Assembly (NCBI GenBank): GCA_964387845.1 | Contig: CAYLXA010000002.1 | Span: forward strand, 192,001-256,000 | DNA: 64,000 nucleotides | Reading direction: 5' to 3' | Origin: an uncultured bacterium | GTDB taxonomy: Bacteria; Omnitrophota; Omnitrophia; Omnitrophales; Abzuiibacteriaceae | In this document: positions 53,463 through 62,145 of the stretch, in pieces | Layout of the letters: the number at the start of each line of letters is the position of its first letter | Numbering within the stretch: the first letter of the stretch is position 1 | The notes under the pieces: model-generated | The model's database searches: none | What the model saw: the letters and a program-made list of their open reading frames with translations, nothing else | What the model was told of the DNA's origin: nothing | Program-made: the position numbers and the translations under genes

Positions 53463-54219
53463 GCTTTGTCGCCCTTGAAACATAACACGAAGGATCCGCC
53501 TCAAACTTTTGCGCACAGCCTTGAGAACAAAAGAAATAGATTTTGTTCTTGTGTATTTTTTTAACAACCGCCGTTTTGAGAAGAATCCACATCCCACAAA
53601 CAGGGTCGAGTTTCATGCCAGGTTTCGGATGATGCATCACACCCAAAGCGCTCTTGCCATTAAAATGGGACGGTTTCTTGAAATGTTCCTTTTGATAAAC
53701 GTTGATTAATCGTTTAATCAAATTTCCCGGTTCTTTTGAGTAAACAACACGGGCGCCGGTTTCCTTCTTGCAAGCAGCCAGAATATCCCTTGCGATGTTG
53801 CTGATTCCGCCCGTTCCAGTGAGCACACCGATTAATTTTCCTTCATCGTAAGCGATCGCAAGCTCACCCAAAGTTCCGCTCCGGCCGCCAATGATCACGA
53901 CGATATCCGAGCTGCGGATATTCACAACTTCGCGCCCCATAAGACCGCTTCCGGTATAAATCAGGATGTCGTGAAACTCGGTTGGGGAATGATACTTATT
54001 CACATGCTCGTCAAGACTAAGAGCAGGGGAAATTCCGACAACGATTCCATCTTCTTGCTTTGCCCCGCAAGCTGAAGCAAGTGGAAGGCCGGGACATGCT
54101 CCTGTAATGAGCACGCAGCCATTCTTCGCAATCGCTTCTCCTAAAAGGTGAGCTTTCTCAAGATGGAATTTCTTGATTTTCCCTGTAGCGCCGCCCATCA
54201 CACCGATTTTCACTCGCAT
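53455..54219 (-). CDS. Rossmann-fold LOG/SLOG (TIGR00725-like) domain fused to a C-terminal YHS metal-binding domain
   Basis: IGVMGGATG...IGGRSGTLGELAIAYDEGKLIGVL is the SLOG/TIGR00725-like pattern. The C-terminal DPVCGMWI...YFFCSQGCAQKF is the YHS domain consensus (DPVCGM...FCSxxCxxxF). The start was taken at MRVKIGVMGG. Confidence 0.55.
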   Translation of the reverse strand: MRVKIGVMGGATGKIKKFHLEKAHLLGEAIAKNGCVLITGACPGLPLASACGAKQEDGIVVGISPALSLDEHVNKYHSPTEFHDILIYTGSGLMGREVVNIRSSDIVVIIGGRSGTLGELAIAYDEGKLIGVLTGTGGISNIARDILAACKKETGARVVYSKEPGNLIKRLINVYQKEHFKKPSHFNGKSALGVMHHPKPGMKLDPVCGMWILLKTAVVKKIHKNKIYFFCSQGCAQKFEADPSCYVSRATKHG

Positions 54220-54278
54220 TCCGGCAATAGAAGGCGCGCTTGTCTTCCTATCGTTATGCATTATCCTTTTAATTCCCA

Positions 54279-54575
54279 TTAACTCTTCACTTTTTTCTCT
54301 AGCTCAGGTTCACGTTTTAACATTTTGTCAATGTATCGCTCCGTGTTTTTTTTCATAGCTTCCTTACACCTCTCAACGAGCGGGCAACAAACGCCATAGC
54401 GCTTCCCGTCAACAACGACAAAATCTTTCCCGTTCACGGGGTTGCCGCTCACAGGACAGTATTTGTTCCCAACCTCAACAACTTGAGTTGGTGTAGCCGG
54501 AGTTGCAGGGTCCGCATACAGATAAACGTTTCCAAACAGTATCGCAACCAACATCAAAAAAATTATTATTTTCAT
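54279..54575 (-). CDS. Secreted small protein with a YHS-like Cys motif (CPVSG...DGKRYGVCCPLVERC)
   Basis: Signal peptide, then YCPVSGNPVNGKDFVVVDGKRYGVCCP, which resembles the YHS/TRASH zinc-ribbon-like metal-binding pattern. Confidence 0.35.
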   Translation of the reverse strand: MKIIIFLMLVAILFGNVYLYADPATPATPTQVVEVGNKYCPVSGNPVNGKDFVVVDGKRYGVCCPLVERCKEAMKKNTERYIDKMLKREPELEKKVKS

Positions 54576-54588
54576 GACGGCGCCTCCT

Positions 54589-54789
54589 TTATTTTTTTAA
54601 TTCGAGATAATTTTTGCCGTTTTCTTGCTTCATCACCACATGACCTTCACGACAGAGCCAGCCTACTGCCATCAAACCTACTTCTTTTCCTATTGAAACT
54701 TTTTGAAGAACATGTTCAAGCTCCAAAGCACCGTGTTCATCGAGCATTTTCCAAATTTCACCGGCTGTGATTCCGATTTCTGTGATCAT
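54589..54789 (-). CDS. Small winged-helix protein (DUF2582-like), paralog A
   Basis: 66 aa: GITAGEIWKMLDEHG...LMAVGWLCREGHVVM. It is a clear paralog of 63609..63926, sharing GEIW..LDE and ALGWLCREGHV. Confidence 0.45.
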   Translation of the reverse strand: MITEIGITAGEIWKMLDEHGALELEHVLQKVSIGKEVGLMAVGWLCREGHVVMKQENGKNYLELKK

Positions 54790-54797
54790 GTTCTCAC

Positions 54798-55184
54798 TTA
54801 ACCACCTTCACAATACTTCCTGTGATCGTCCTTTCTCAAAAGCCGCTCATCCCAAAGCCAAATGAGCGCCAGAAAACCAAGCGACCAACCGCCGATTTGA
54901 GATGGCACTTGATGAAAAATGGCGGCAACTACGAAACTGCTTACCAAAAGAATAAGTAAAGTCGGCAAGAGATTTCGATGGCACAAAAACGACATGAAGC
55001 TTCTCAAGAGAAAAACGGATAGAGAAACCAGCATCACGATTCGCAATATCTTTTCGCTTGCCATCCAACCGAGTCCAATTGCGCTAAGCGAAGCGACTAA
55101 AAAAGGCAGCGCAAAGAAGCACAACCCGGCGCACATCAGACTCAAGGGACTTGCAAAGTTACATTTTTTCATCGATGCGCTCAA
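54798..55184 (-). CDS. Hypothetical membrane protein (four transmembrane helices) with paired Cys in the first helix
   Basis: MCAGLCFFALPFLVASL...; MerT/MerC-like topology, but no definitive motif. Confidence 0.3.
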   Translation of the reverse strand: MSASMKKCNFASPLSLMCAGLCFFALPFLVASLSAIGLGWMASEKILRIVMLVSLSVFLLRSFMSFLCHRNLLPTLLILLVSSFVVAAIFHQVPSQIGGWSLGFLALIWLWDERLLRKDDHRKYCEGG

Positions 55185-55214
55185 ATGTTATAAATTACCG
55201 GGTGCGAGAAATGT

Positions 55215-56198
55215 TTACGTTGCCAAAATCGGTAACAGTTTCAAACGAAATGGGTTTAACAACTTCTTCTCTGTAAACGCTTGCCGAAAGGGCGTCATCA
55301 CAAGCTGCCCTTTTATTTTTCCGACAGCAACTTTCGTTTTCCCATGAATCATCTGCTCCGCAGCAAAAGCTCCCAATTCGGTTGCGAGAATTCTGTCCTG
55401 CGCTGTCGGTGATCCGCCCCGCTGCAGATGCCCCAAAACAACAACCCGATACTCATTGCCGCTCATTCTCTTAAGTTTTTCAGCGACTTGAAATGCGCCT
55501 CCCTCTTTCTCCCCTTCCGCAATAACAAGGATGCTGCTTGTTTTTCCTTTTTTCCTTGATAAACACAGCCGGCCACACACTTCCTTCAGCACAGTTTTGA
55601 TTTCCGGCGTCAACACCTCTTCGGCTCCGCCCGCAATTCCCACATCGAGCGCAATAAACCCTGCTTCTCGGCCCATGACCTCAACGAGAAAAAAACGTTC
55701 GTGTGACTCTGCCGTGTCACGAATCTTATCAATCGCATCCAAAGCAGTGTTGACTGCTGTGTCGTAGCCAATTGTCGAATCTGTTCCATACAAATCGTTA
55801 TCGATGGTCCCCGGAATTCCAATGATTTTGCCTTTCCATATTTTAGAAAGATCAAGTGCTCCGCGATACGTTCCATTTCCACCAATCACAAGCAGACCGT
55901 CAATTTCCCTTTGCTCTAAATTAAATTTTGCTTGTTTTAAACCCTTGAGTGTTTCAAACTCTTTGCAACGCGAAGTTTTGATAATTGTTCCACCTCTTTG
56001 AATAATATTAGAAACCGAACGAGAGCCAAGTTCGATAAACTCATTCTTAATTAACCCCTGATAACCTCTTAAAACACCGCAGACGTTAAGACCTGAGTGG
56101 GTTGCAATACGTACGACAGCCCGTATGGCTGCGTTCATTCCGGGCGCGTCTCCGCCGCTTGTGAGCACTGCTATTCTTTTAAGCTTTTCTTTTGGCAT
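55215..56198 (-). CDS. pfkA: 6-phosphofructokinase, ATP-dependent type signature
   Basis: AVLTSGGDAPGMNAAIRAVV, IGGNGTYRGA (a GGxGx block) and GIPGTIDNDL (Gly in PGTIDND), in contrast to the PKTIDND/GGEDT in the other copy at 25427..26452. Confidence 0.8.
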   Translation of the reverse strand: MPKEKLKRIAVLTSGGDAPGMNAAIRAVVRIATHSGLNVCGVLRGYQGLIKNEFIELGSRSVSNIIQRGGTIIKTSRCKEFETLKGLKQAKFNLEQREIDGLLVIGGNGTYRGALDLSKIWKGKIIGIPGTIDNDLYGTDSTIGYDTAVNTALDAIDKIRDTAESHERFFLVEVMGREAGFIALDVGIAGGAEEVLTPEIKTVLKEVCGRLCLSRKKGKTSSILVIAEGEKEGGAFQVAEKLKRMSGNEYRVVVLGHLQRGGSPTAQDRILATELGAFAAEQMIHGKTKVAVGKIKGQLVMTPFRQAFTEKKLLNPFRLKLLPILAT

Positions 56199-56471
56199 AA
56201 TCTGACGCTCTCAATCAATCGAATTCACCGAAGCATTGGGCACATGCTCTTCCAGTGCAGTAACGGGCAACCATAAAACAGAAAAAACAAAGCGACGCCT
56301 AGAAGCAAAACGACCGTCCAAAGCAGAACATGCTTGTTTCGTCTTTGAATGTTGCCCACAACACTTCGGAAAAGTGATTGCAGTGCGAGCCGAAGTTCTA
56401 GGTTTGCCTCCTCTATGCTCTCACCCAAATTTCTCTGATTCTCCATGACGCACCTCCCATTTTAACTTATC

Positions 56472-56831
56472 TCACTTGCTTTGAAGCTTAGTAGCCTGTA
56501 TGCGATGCCATTTAACAAACTCCGAATAAGACCTCTTCAACTTTTCAGCGGCTTTGATCACCGCATCACAATGTTTTTCCATTTCTTCAATACGGCCAGT
56601 CCAATGAATTTTTTCATTCGTTCCATAGGTAAAGCGATACTCTTTTTTCATTTTGAGGTGGCTCGCGATTTCAATATCCAGCTGGGCAATCTTCTCCTCA
56701 TAAGAAATCGCCTGTTCAAGGTGATCTGCTACTAAGCGACCTTGCTCTGCTTCTGCCTGCAAAGGGTAAACCCACAGCAAATTTAGAATAATAAAAACAT
56801 TTATTGTTTTTGTAAGATTTTTTCTTTGCAT
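56472..56831 (-). CDS. Secreted hypothetical protein
   Basis: Start taken at MQRKNLTKTINVFIILNLLWVYPLQA (signal peptide); helical and charged; no motif. Confidence 0.3.
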   Translation of the reverse strand: MQRKNLTKTINVFIILNLLWVYPLQAEAEQGRLVADHLEQAISYEEKIAQLDIEIASHLKMKKEYRFTYGTNEKIHWTGRIEEMEKHCDAVIKAAEKLKRSYSEFVKWHRIQATKLQSK

Positions 56832-56895
56832 CTTTGCCTCCAGCCGTTCAGACCAATTTATATTTCTGCTCCGATACATTATAAATTTACAACAT

Positions 56896-57234
56896 TCATA
56901 CATGATGACATGAGCATTCCTTGCCATTGCATTTGCAGGGTTTTGGTGCGTGTTCGATAAGACTTGACTTCAAATTCTCTGCAACGGTTTCGGTGCCCTT
57001 TAAAGATTCTGCGAGCACGGAAAGGCTTGTCGCTTGAGTCCCAAGTTTTCTGCCCGTATTTTGGATGTGTTCAAGTAATGCAAGCTTCGCGCACTCATCG
57101 CACGTTGGAAGCTGTCCCAAAGCTTCTTCAAAGCGTTGGGCTGCTTTGACTATATTCTCAAGCGCGGAGCGCAATTCATGCAAACCTATCCGCTTCCAAA
57201 TTTGTTCTGACGATGAGAAAAGATCTTCTGACAT
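56896..57234 (-). CDS. Hypothetical protein with a C-terminal Cys/His cluster (CKCNGKECSCHH)
   Basis: Helical N-terminal part plus a C-terminal CxCxxxxCxCHH; a candidate metal-binding tail within the copper region. Confidence 0.3.
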   Translation of the reverse strand: MSEDLFSSSEQIWKRIGLHELRSALENIVKAAQRFEEALGQLPTCDECAKLALLEHIQNTGRKLGTQATSLSVLAESLKGTETVAENLKSSLIEHAPKPCKCNGKECSCHHV

Positions 57235-57573
57235 TTAAAACACCTCCATCACACAATTGACTGTCCCAAAAGGATTTGGAACGCATTCCTCCGGAAGTTG
57301 ATCGCTCTGCCAGACTCCGTCCGCAAGAAACCGGTATTCATACCGGCCGGGAGTGAGCTCAATGGTTACTTTCCATGTCCCATCTTCTTCTTTTTTGAGC
57401 GGATTTTTTGTCAGATCCCAATTGTTGAATGTGCCCGCAATTTGAACTTGTTTTGCTTCAGGGGCGTAGAATTCAAATGATGTTTTTCTCTTCCGAGCTT
57501 TTCTTTCTTTGCTTACGTTTTTTGTTTCCATTTTCGACCTCCTCGTTTTGTGAAATCTTAACTTACAATCCAA
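57235..57573 (-). CDS. Glycogen-binding-domain (CBM48 / AMPK-beta-like E-set) protein
   Basis: FEFYAPEAKQVQIAGTFNNWD...GTWKVTIELTPGRYEYRFLADGVWQSD matches the CBM48/isoamylase-N pattern (F.N.W...G.W......G.Y.YKF.VDG.W). Confidence 0.5.
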   Translation of the reverse strand: MDCKLRFHKTRRSKMETKNVSKERKARKRKTSFEFYAPEAKQVQIAGTFNNWDLTKNPLKKEEDGTWKVTIELTPGRYEYRFLADGVWQSDQLPEECVPNPFGTVNCVMEVF

Positions 57574-60500
57574 GCTGCTTTTCCTTCCTTCATTTCAAAT
57601 TTCCATTTCCAAATAGCATAGACCACGGGATAAACCAAGAGTTCCAAGATGAACGACGTGAAAAGTCCTCCGATCATGGGAGTTGCGATCCGCTTCATCA
57701 CGTCAGAACCTGCGCCGCTCGCCCACATGATGGGAATGAGGCCCATAAAAGCAGCCATCACTGTCATCATTTTTGGCCGGACACGTTTTACAGCGCCATG
57801 AATAATTGCTTCTTCCAAATCTTCCTCTGTTTTCATTTTTCCTTTTTCAATGGCATCATGATAAGAAAGATCTAGAAAGAGAAGCATGAAGACACCCGTC
57901 TCCGCGTCCAGACCCATTAAAGCAATCATGCCGACCCAAACGGCGATTGAAACATTGTAGCCCAAAATCCAAAGCAGCCACACGGCGCCAATTAAAGAAA
58001 ATGGAACCGCGAGAAGCACAATGCCTGTTTTGACCGCGGATCGCGTATTCATATAAAGAAGAATACAAATCAAGAAGAGGGTGAGCGGAAGCACGACTTT
58101 TAAGCGCTCTTTCACACGGATCATATTTTCATATTGACCGCTCCAGAGAAGCGCATAACCTGGCTGAAGTTTAAGCTCCTTGGCCACAATCTTTTTTGCT
58201 TCTTCAACGTAAGTTCCAATGTCCCGTCCGGCCATATCCACATAAACATAACCAGCCAGAAGGCCGTTTTCATTTCGGATCATCGCAGGACCTGTCACCA
58301 TGCGAATATCTGCAAGCTGCGTGATGGGAATGTGCTGACCTGCCATCGTTGGAACAAGCACGCGTTTTAATTTCTCAATGTCGTCTCTCAGTTCTCGGGG
58401 ATAACGAACATTCACAGGATAACGTTCTCTGCCTTCAATGGTCGTCGTAATGTTTTCACCACCAATGGCGGACATAATCACCATCTGAACGTCAGCGATT
58501 GAAAGACCATAGCGGGCAATCTCATCACGTTTTATATCGAAATCAATAAAATAACCACCTGCCACACGTTCAGCGTAAATACTTCGAGTGCCCGGAACAT
58601 CTTTTAAAATCATCTCAAGATGAGTCCCTATTTTTTCAATTTCATTAATGTCTGATCCTAAGACTTTAATTCCGATCGGCGTCCTGACACCTGTTGTCAA
58701 CATATCAATCCTGTTTTTAATGGGCATTGTCCACGCGTTCGTAGTTCCGGGAAGCTTAAGCGCTTGATCCATTTCATTAATGAGATCTTCATGGGAAATC
58801 CGTTCCGGCCAAATATATTCAAATGGCCATTTGAACCATTCGGGCATCCATTTGGAATACCAACGGGTCTTCTTTCGCCATTCACCGTGTGGTTTCAGCG
58901 TCACCACCGTTTCCCCCATGGAAAATGGAGCTGGATCTGTCGAACTCTCGATACGGCCAGATTTTCCGAAAACGCGCTCAACTTCTGGGAACGATTTTAG
59001 AATCTGATCTTGTTTCTTAAGAAGCTTCTGCGCGCTTGCCACAGAAATGCCAGGCAATGTCGTCGGCATATAAAGAAGAGAGCCTTCCCATAAAGGCGGC
59101 ATGAATTCAGATCCTAAACGCAAATAGATTGGAATCGTCGTCAACACAAGGAAAAGTGCTGTCACAATCGTCGTCTTGCGATGTTTTAGAACGAAACGAC
59201 AAACGGGTTCATAGATCCTGAAAAGAACTTTGCTGACGGGATGTTTTTCTTCCGGATAATAAGTCCCGACCGCAACCGTCGTGGCAATTTTGGAAGCCCA
59301 TTTTGATTTAAATTTAAAAGGTTCCATTCTGGTAAAAAGCATTCGCAGAGCTGGATCTAACGTAATGGCCAAGATAGCGGCAACCGCCATCGCCAAATTC
59401 TTTGCCCAAGCAAGCGGTTTAAAAAGACGGCCTTCTTGATCAACCAAGGTGAAAATGGGCATGAAAGAAACGGCTATTACAAGAAGCGAGAAAAAAACAG
59501 CAGGGCCAACTTCTTTTAAAGCTTGAAGCCGGATCGCATGATAATCGCCTTTTCGCCCACCCTCGATCCATTGTTCCAGTCGCTTGTACGCATTTTCGAC
59601 TTCCACAATAGCACCGTCTACCAAGACGCCGATGGAAATCGCTATTCCTGAAAGTGACATAATGTTCGAGGTTAAATTCATCCGGTGAAGAAAAATAAAA
59701 GAAAGCAAAACTGAAATTGGAATGGTGACAATTGGAATAACCGCGGATGGGAAATGCCAGAGAAATATCAGAATGACGATGCTGACAATGATCATTTCCT
59801 CAAACAGTTGGTGTTTTAAAGTATCGATGGCATGTTCGATTAATTCAGAGCGGTCATAGGTCACGACCAGTTCAACGCCGACAGGAAGAGAAGGCCCCAA
59901 ATCTTTGATCTTTGCTTTGACACGGTTAATCACGTTGAGCGCATTTTCTCCAGAGCGCATGATAACGGTGCCTGTGACCGTATCGCCTTGGCCATCAAGA
60001 TCAGCGAGACCGCGCCGGATTTCAGGCCCAAGCGAAACCGTCCCGATGTGCTTCACTAAGACGGGCGTTCCTTTGGAATCCACCGCGACCACAATTTGTT
60101 CAAAATCCTCAACTGATTTTCCGTAACCGCGCCCTCTCACCATATATTCCGCGCCCGAAAATTCAATTAATCGCCCGCCCACTTCTTGATTTCCGCTGCG
60201 AATGGCTTCCACCACTTTCGTCAGCGGAATGTTATAGGCGAGGAGTTTGTTGGGATCTACGGTTATTTGATATTGCTTGACGAAACCGCCGAGTGTTGCG
60301 ACTTCCGCTACACCGGAAACACTTTGAAGGTGGTAACGAAGATACCAATCTTGAAAGGATCTTAATTCTTGTAGATTGTGCTTGCCGGTTTTATCAACCA
60401 ATGCGTATTGAAAAACCCACCCGACACCAGTCGCGTCAGGGCCAAGTTCAGTTTGGACGCCTTGCGGAAGGCGCGGGATGATTTTGCTTAAATATTCAAG

Positions 60501-60878
60501 TGTGCGGCTTCTCGCCCAATATAGATCCGTACCGTCCTTAAAAATGACGTACACATAGGAAAACCCAAAATCTGAAAATCCCCGAATGGCTTTGACATTT
60601 GGCGCACCCAACATCGAAGTGACAATGGGGTAAGTCACTTGGTCTTCAATAATGTCCGGGCTTCTGTCCCATCTTGAATAAATAATGACTTGCGTATCAG
60701 AAAGATCAGGAATCGCATCGAGTGGAATACTTTTAATCGACCACACAGCTGCGGCAATCGCAACAGCAGTGAGAATAAAAATAAGGAATTTGTTATGCGC
60801 TGAGAATTCGATGATTTTTTCGACAAAACCGCCCTGCCTCAGCTTGTGCGATTGAAGCCCTTCTTTTTCATCCGCCAT
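57558..60878 (-). CDS. cusA: Heavy-metal efflux RND permease, CusA/CzcA family (likely Cu/Ag)
   Basis: 1106 aa and 12 transmembrane helices with the typical HME-RND blocks (AIPDLSDTQVIIYS..., GLDAETGVFMLLFLD). The cusCBA gene order and the metal-binding adaptor support Cu/Ag specificity. Confidence 0.85.
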   Translation of the reverse strand: MADEKEGLQSHKLRQGGFVEKIIEFSAHNKFLIFILTAVAIAAAVWSIKSIPLDAIPDLSDTQVIIYSRWDRSPDIIEDQVTYPIVTSMLGAPNVKAIRGFSDFGFSYVYVIFKDGTDLYWARSRTLEYLSKIIPRLPQGVQTELGPDATGVGWVFQYALVDKTGKHNLQELRSFQDWYLRYHLQSVSGVAEVATLGGFVKQYQITVDPNKLLAYNIPLTKVVEAIRSGNQEVGGRLIEFSGAEYMVRGRGYGKSVEDFEQIVVAVDSKGTPVLVKHIGTVSLGPEIRRGLADLDGQGDTVTGTVIMRSGENALNVINRVKAKIKDLGPSLPVGVELVVTYDRSELIEHAIDTLKHQLFEEMIIVSIVILIFLWHFPSAVIPIVTIPISVLLSFIFLHRMNLTSNIMSLSGIAISIGVLVDGAIVEVENAYKRLEQWIEGGRKGDYHAIRLQALKEVGPAVFFSLLVIAVSFMPIFTLVDQEGRLFKPLAWAKNLAMAVAAILAITLDPALRMLFTRMEPFKFKSKWASKIATTVAVGTYYPEEKHPVSKVLFRIYEPVCRFVLKHRKTTIVTALFLVLTTIPIYLRLGSEFMPPLWEGSLLYMPTTLPGISVASAQKLLKKQDQILKSFPEVERVFGKSGRIESSTDPAPFSMGETVVTLKPHGEWRKKTRWYSKWMPEWFKWPFEYIWPERISHEDLINEMDQALKLPGTTNAWTMPIKNRIDMLTTGVRTPIGIKVLGSDINEIEKIGTHLEMILKDVPGTRSIYAERVAGGYFIDFDIKRDEIARYGLSIADVQMVIMSAIGGENITTTIEGRERYPVNVRYPRELRDDIEKLKRVLVPTMAGQHIPITQLADIRMVTGPAMIRNENGLLAGYVYVDMAGRDIGTYVEEAKKIVAKELKLQPGYALLWSGQYENMIRVKERLKVVLPLTLFLICILLYMNTRSAVKTGIVLLAVPFSLIGAVWLLWILGYNVSIAVWVGMIALMGLDAETGVFMLLFLDLSYHDAIEKGKMKTEEDLEEAIIHGAVKRVRPKMMTVMAAFMGLIPIMWASGAGSDVMKRIATPMIGGLFTSFILELLVYPVVYAIWKWKFEMKEGKAAWIVS

Positions 60879-62145
60879 GTTGATGCCCTCCGCCTCCGCC
60901 CATTCCCTGAAGCGCCGCTTTTAAACGGCTTTCCGAGTCAATCAGAAAATTGCCGCTTGTCACAACGATCTCACCTTCCTCAAGCCCGCTTTTGACTTGA
61001 TAACCATTTTCCGTTTTGACTCCCAAGCTTACTTCGCGGGGCTCAAAGACACCTCCTTCTTTCATCACGAAAACAACGTTTTTCTCGCCCGTTGAAAATA
61101 CCGCTTCCGTGGGAACCGTCACGCTTTCTCCCAAATTAATTTTGAGCATCGCGTTCGCGTACATTTCCGGTTTGAGCAAACCTTCCGGATTCTCAAGAAT
61201 CGCCCGAACGCGCACAGACCGCGTCATGGGATCGAGAACAGAATCAATCGAACGGATAACTCCTTGAACCTTTTTATCCGGAACAGACGGAATTTCAATT
61301 TCAAGCGTATCGCCAACTTTCACAAGGGGGATTTCATATTCATAAATCGGCGCATAAAGCCACACGCGGCCCCCCACATCGGAATAAAGAAGAGAGCGAT
61401 CCGGTTTTCCCAAAGTTTCTATTTCGCCGACAAGATCGCTGCTTAATCCGAGAAGTCGCAGCTTAATTTTGGCGGAATCGACAAGCTTCGCGGCTTGTTC
61501 TTTAATTTCCGGAACTGCGTTTTCGGCTTTTTTGAGAGCGCTAATCGCTTGTAAATACTCTTCTTGTGCTTGATAAAGCTCAGGGTCATAAGCAATGCGG
61601 CCTACGGTGCGTATCGTTTTTTCAATAACCATTTTTTTCACCGGCGCCGTCTCAATTCCGATTGCCTGTTGTTTGTCATGCGATACAGTCACTTTGGCGT
61701 AGCCCTCGGGCGCCATTTGTTTAATCAGGATTCCTAAATCTTCACCGCAGTGAGGGCATTTGCCCGTTTTCGCAATTTCTTCCGTTATGGCAAACATGCA
61801 CTTGCCCATTTTGCATTTATGAAGAAGGCAAATCTCTCCGGGTTTCATATTCATTAACTCTTTTATGGTTAATTCTTTAACAGCATCTGCGCCAGTGGGC
61901 GTAGCTTGTTGATGAGCTTCGTGAGAAGATTGTTCGCTGGTCTCTTCTTTTTTCACGAGCGACATATTGCAGATTGGGCAGCTGCCCGGGCGGTCGGACG
62001 TGTAAGTCGGATGCATGGGACAGTAATAAAGAGCCTTTTTTGATGATACTTTTTGACCCGCACCTTGGATAATTCCAGATTGGTAAGCCCAAATTCCTCC
62101 AAAGACGACAATAAAGATTAAAGCAATTGGAATAATTCTTTTCAT
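60868..62145 (-). CDS. cusB: Efflux RND periplasmic adaptor (CusB-like) with an N-terminal CxxC heavy-metal-binding domain
   Basis: YYCPMHPTYTSDRPGSCPICNMSLV is the heavy-metal-binding domain motif (YxCPMHP...PGxCPxC.M.L) seen in CusB/CzcB-type adaptors. There is a second Cys cluster (CLLHKCKMGKC...CPHCGEDLG), beta-barrel/lipoyl domains, and a C-terminal HQHGG. Confidence 0.8.
   Translation of the reverse strand: MKRIIPIALIFIVVFGGIWAYQSGIIQGAGQKVSSKKALYYCPMHPTYTSDRPGSCPICNMSLVKKEETSEQSSHEAHQQATPTGADAVKELTIKELMNMKPGEICLLHKCKMGKCMFAITEEIAKTGKCPHCGEDLGILIKQMAPEGYAKVTVSHDKQQAIGIETAPVKKMVIEKTIRTVGRIAYDPELYQAQEEYLQAISALKKAENAVPEIKEQAAKLVDSAKIKLRLLGLSSDLVGEIETLGKPDRSLLYSDVGGRVWLYAPIYEYEIPLVKVGDTLEIEIPSVPDKKVQGVIRSIDSVLDPMTRSVRVRAILENPEGLLKPEMYANAMLKINLGESVTVPTEAVFSTGEKNVVFVMKEGGVFEPREVSLGVKTENGYQVKSGLEEGEIVVTSGNFLIDSESRLKAALQGMGGGGGHQHGG

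Noticed and set aside
56225-56446. 73-aa ORF between pfkA and the secreted hypothetical
   Set aside because: It has a single hydrophobic segment and no motif, and it sits in a short gap. It may be a real small membrane protein but is not supportable from sequence alone.
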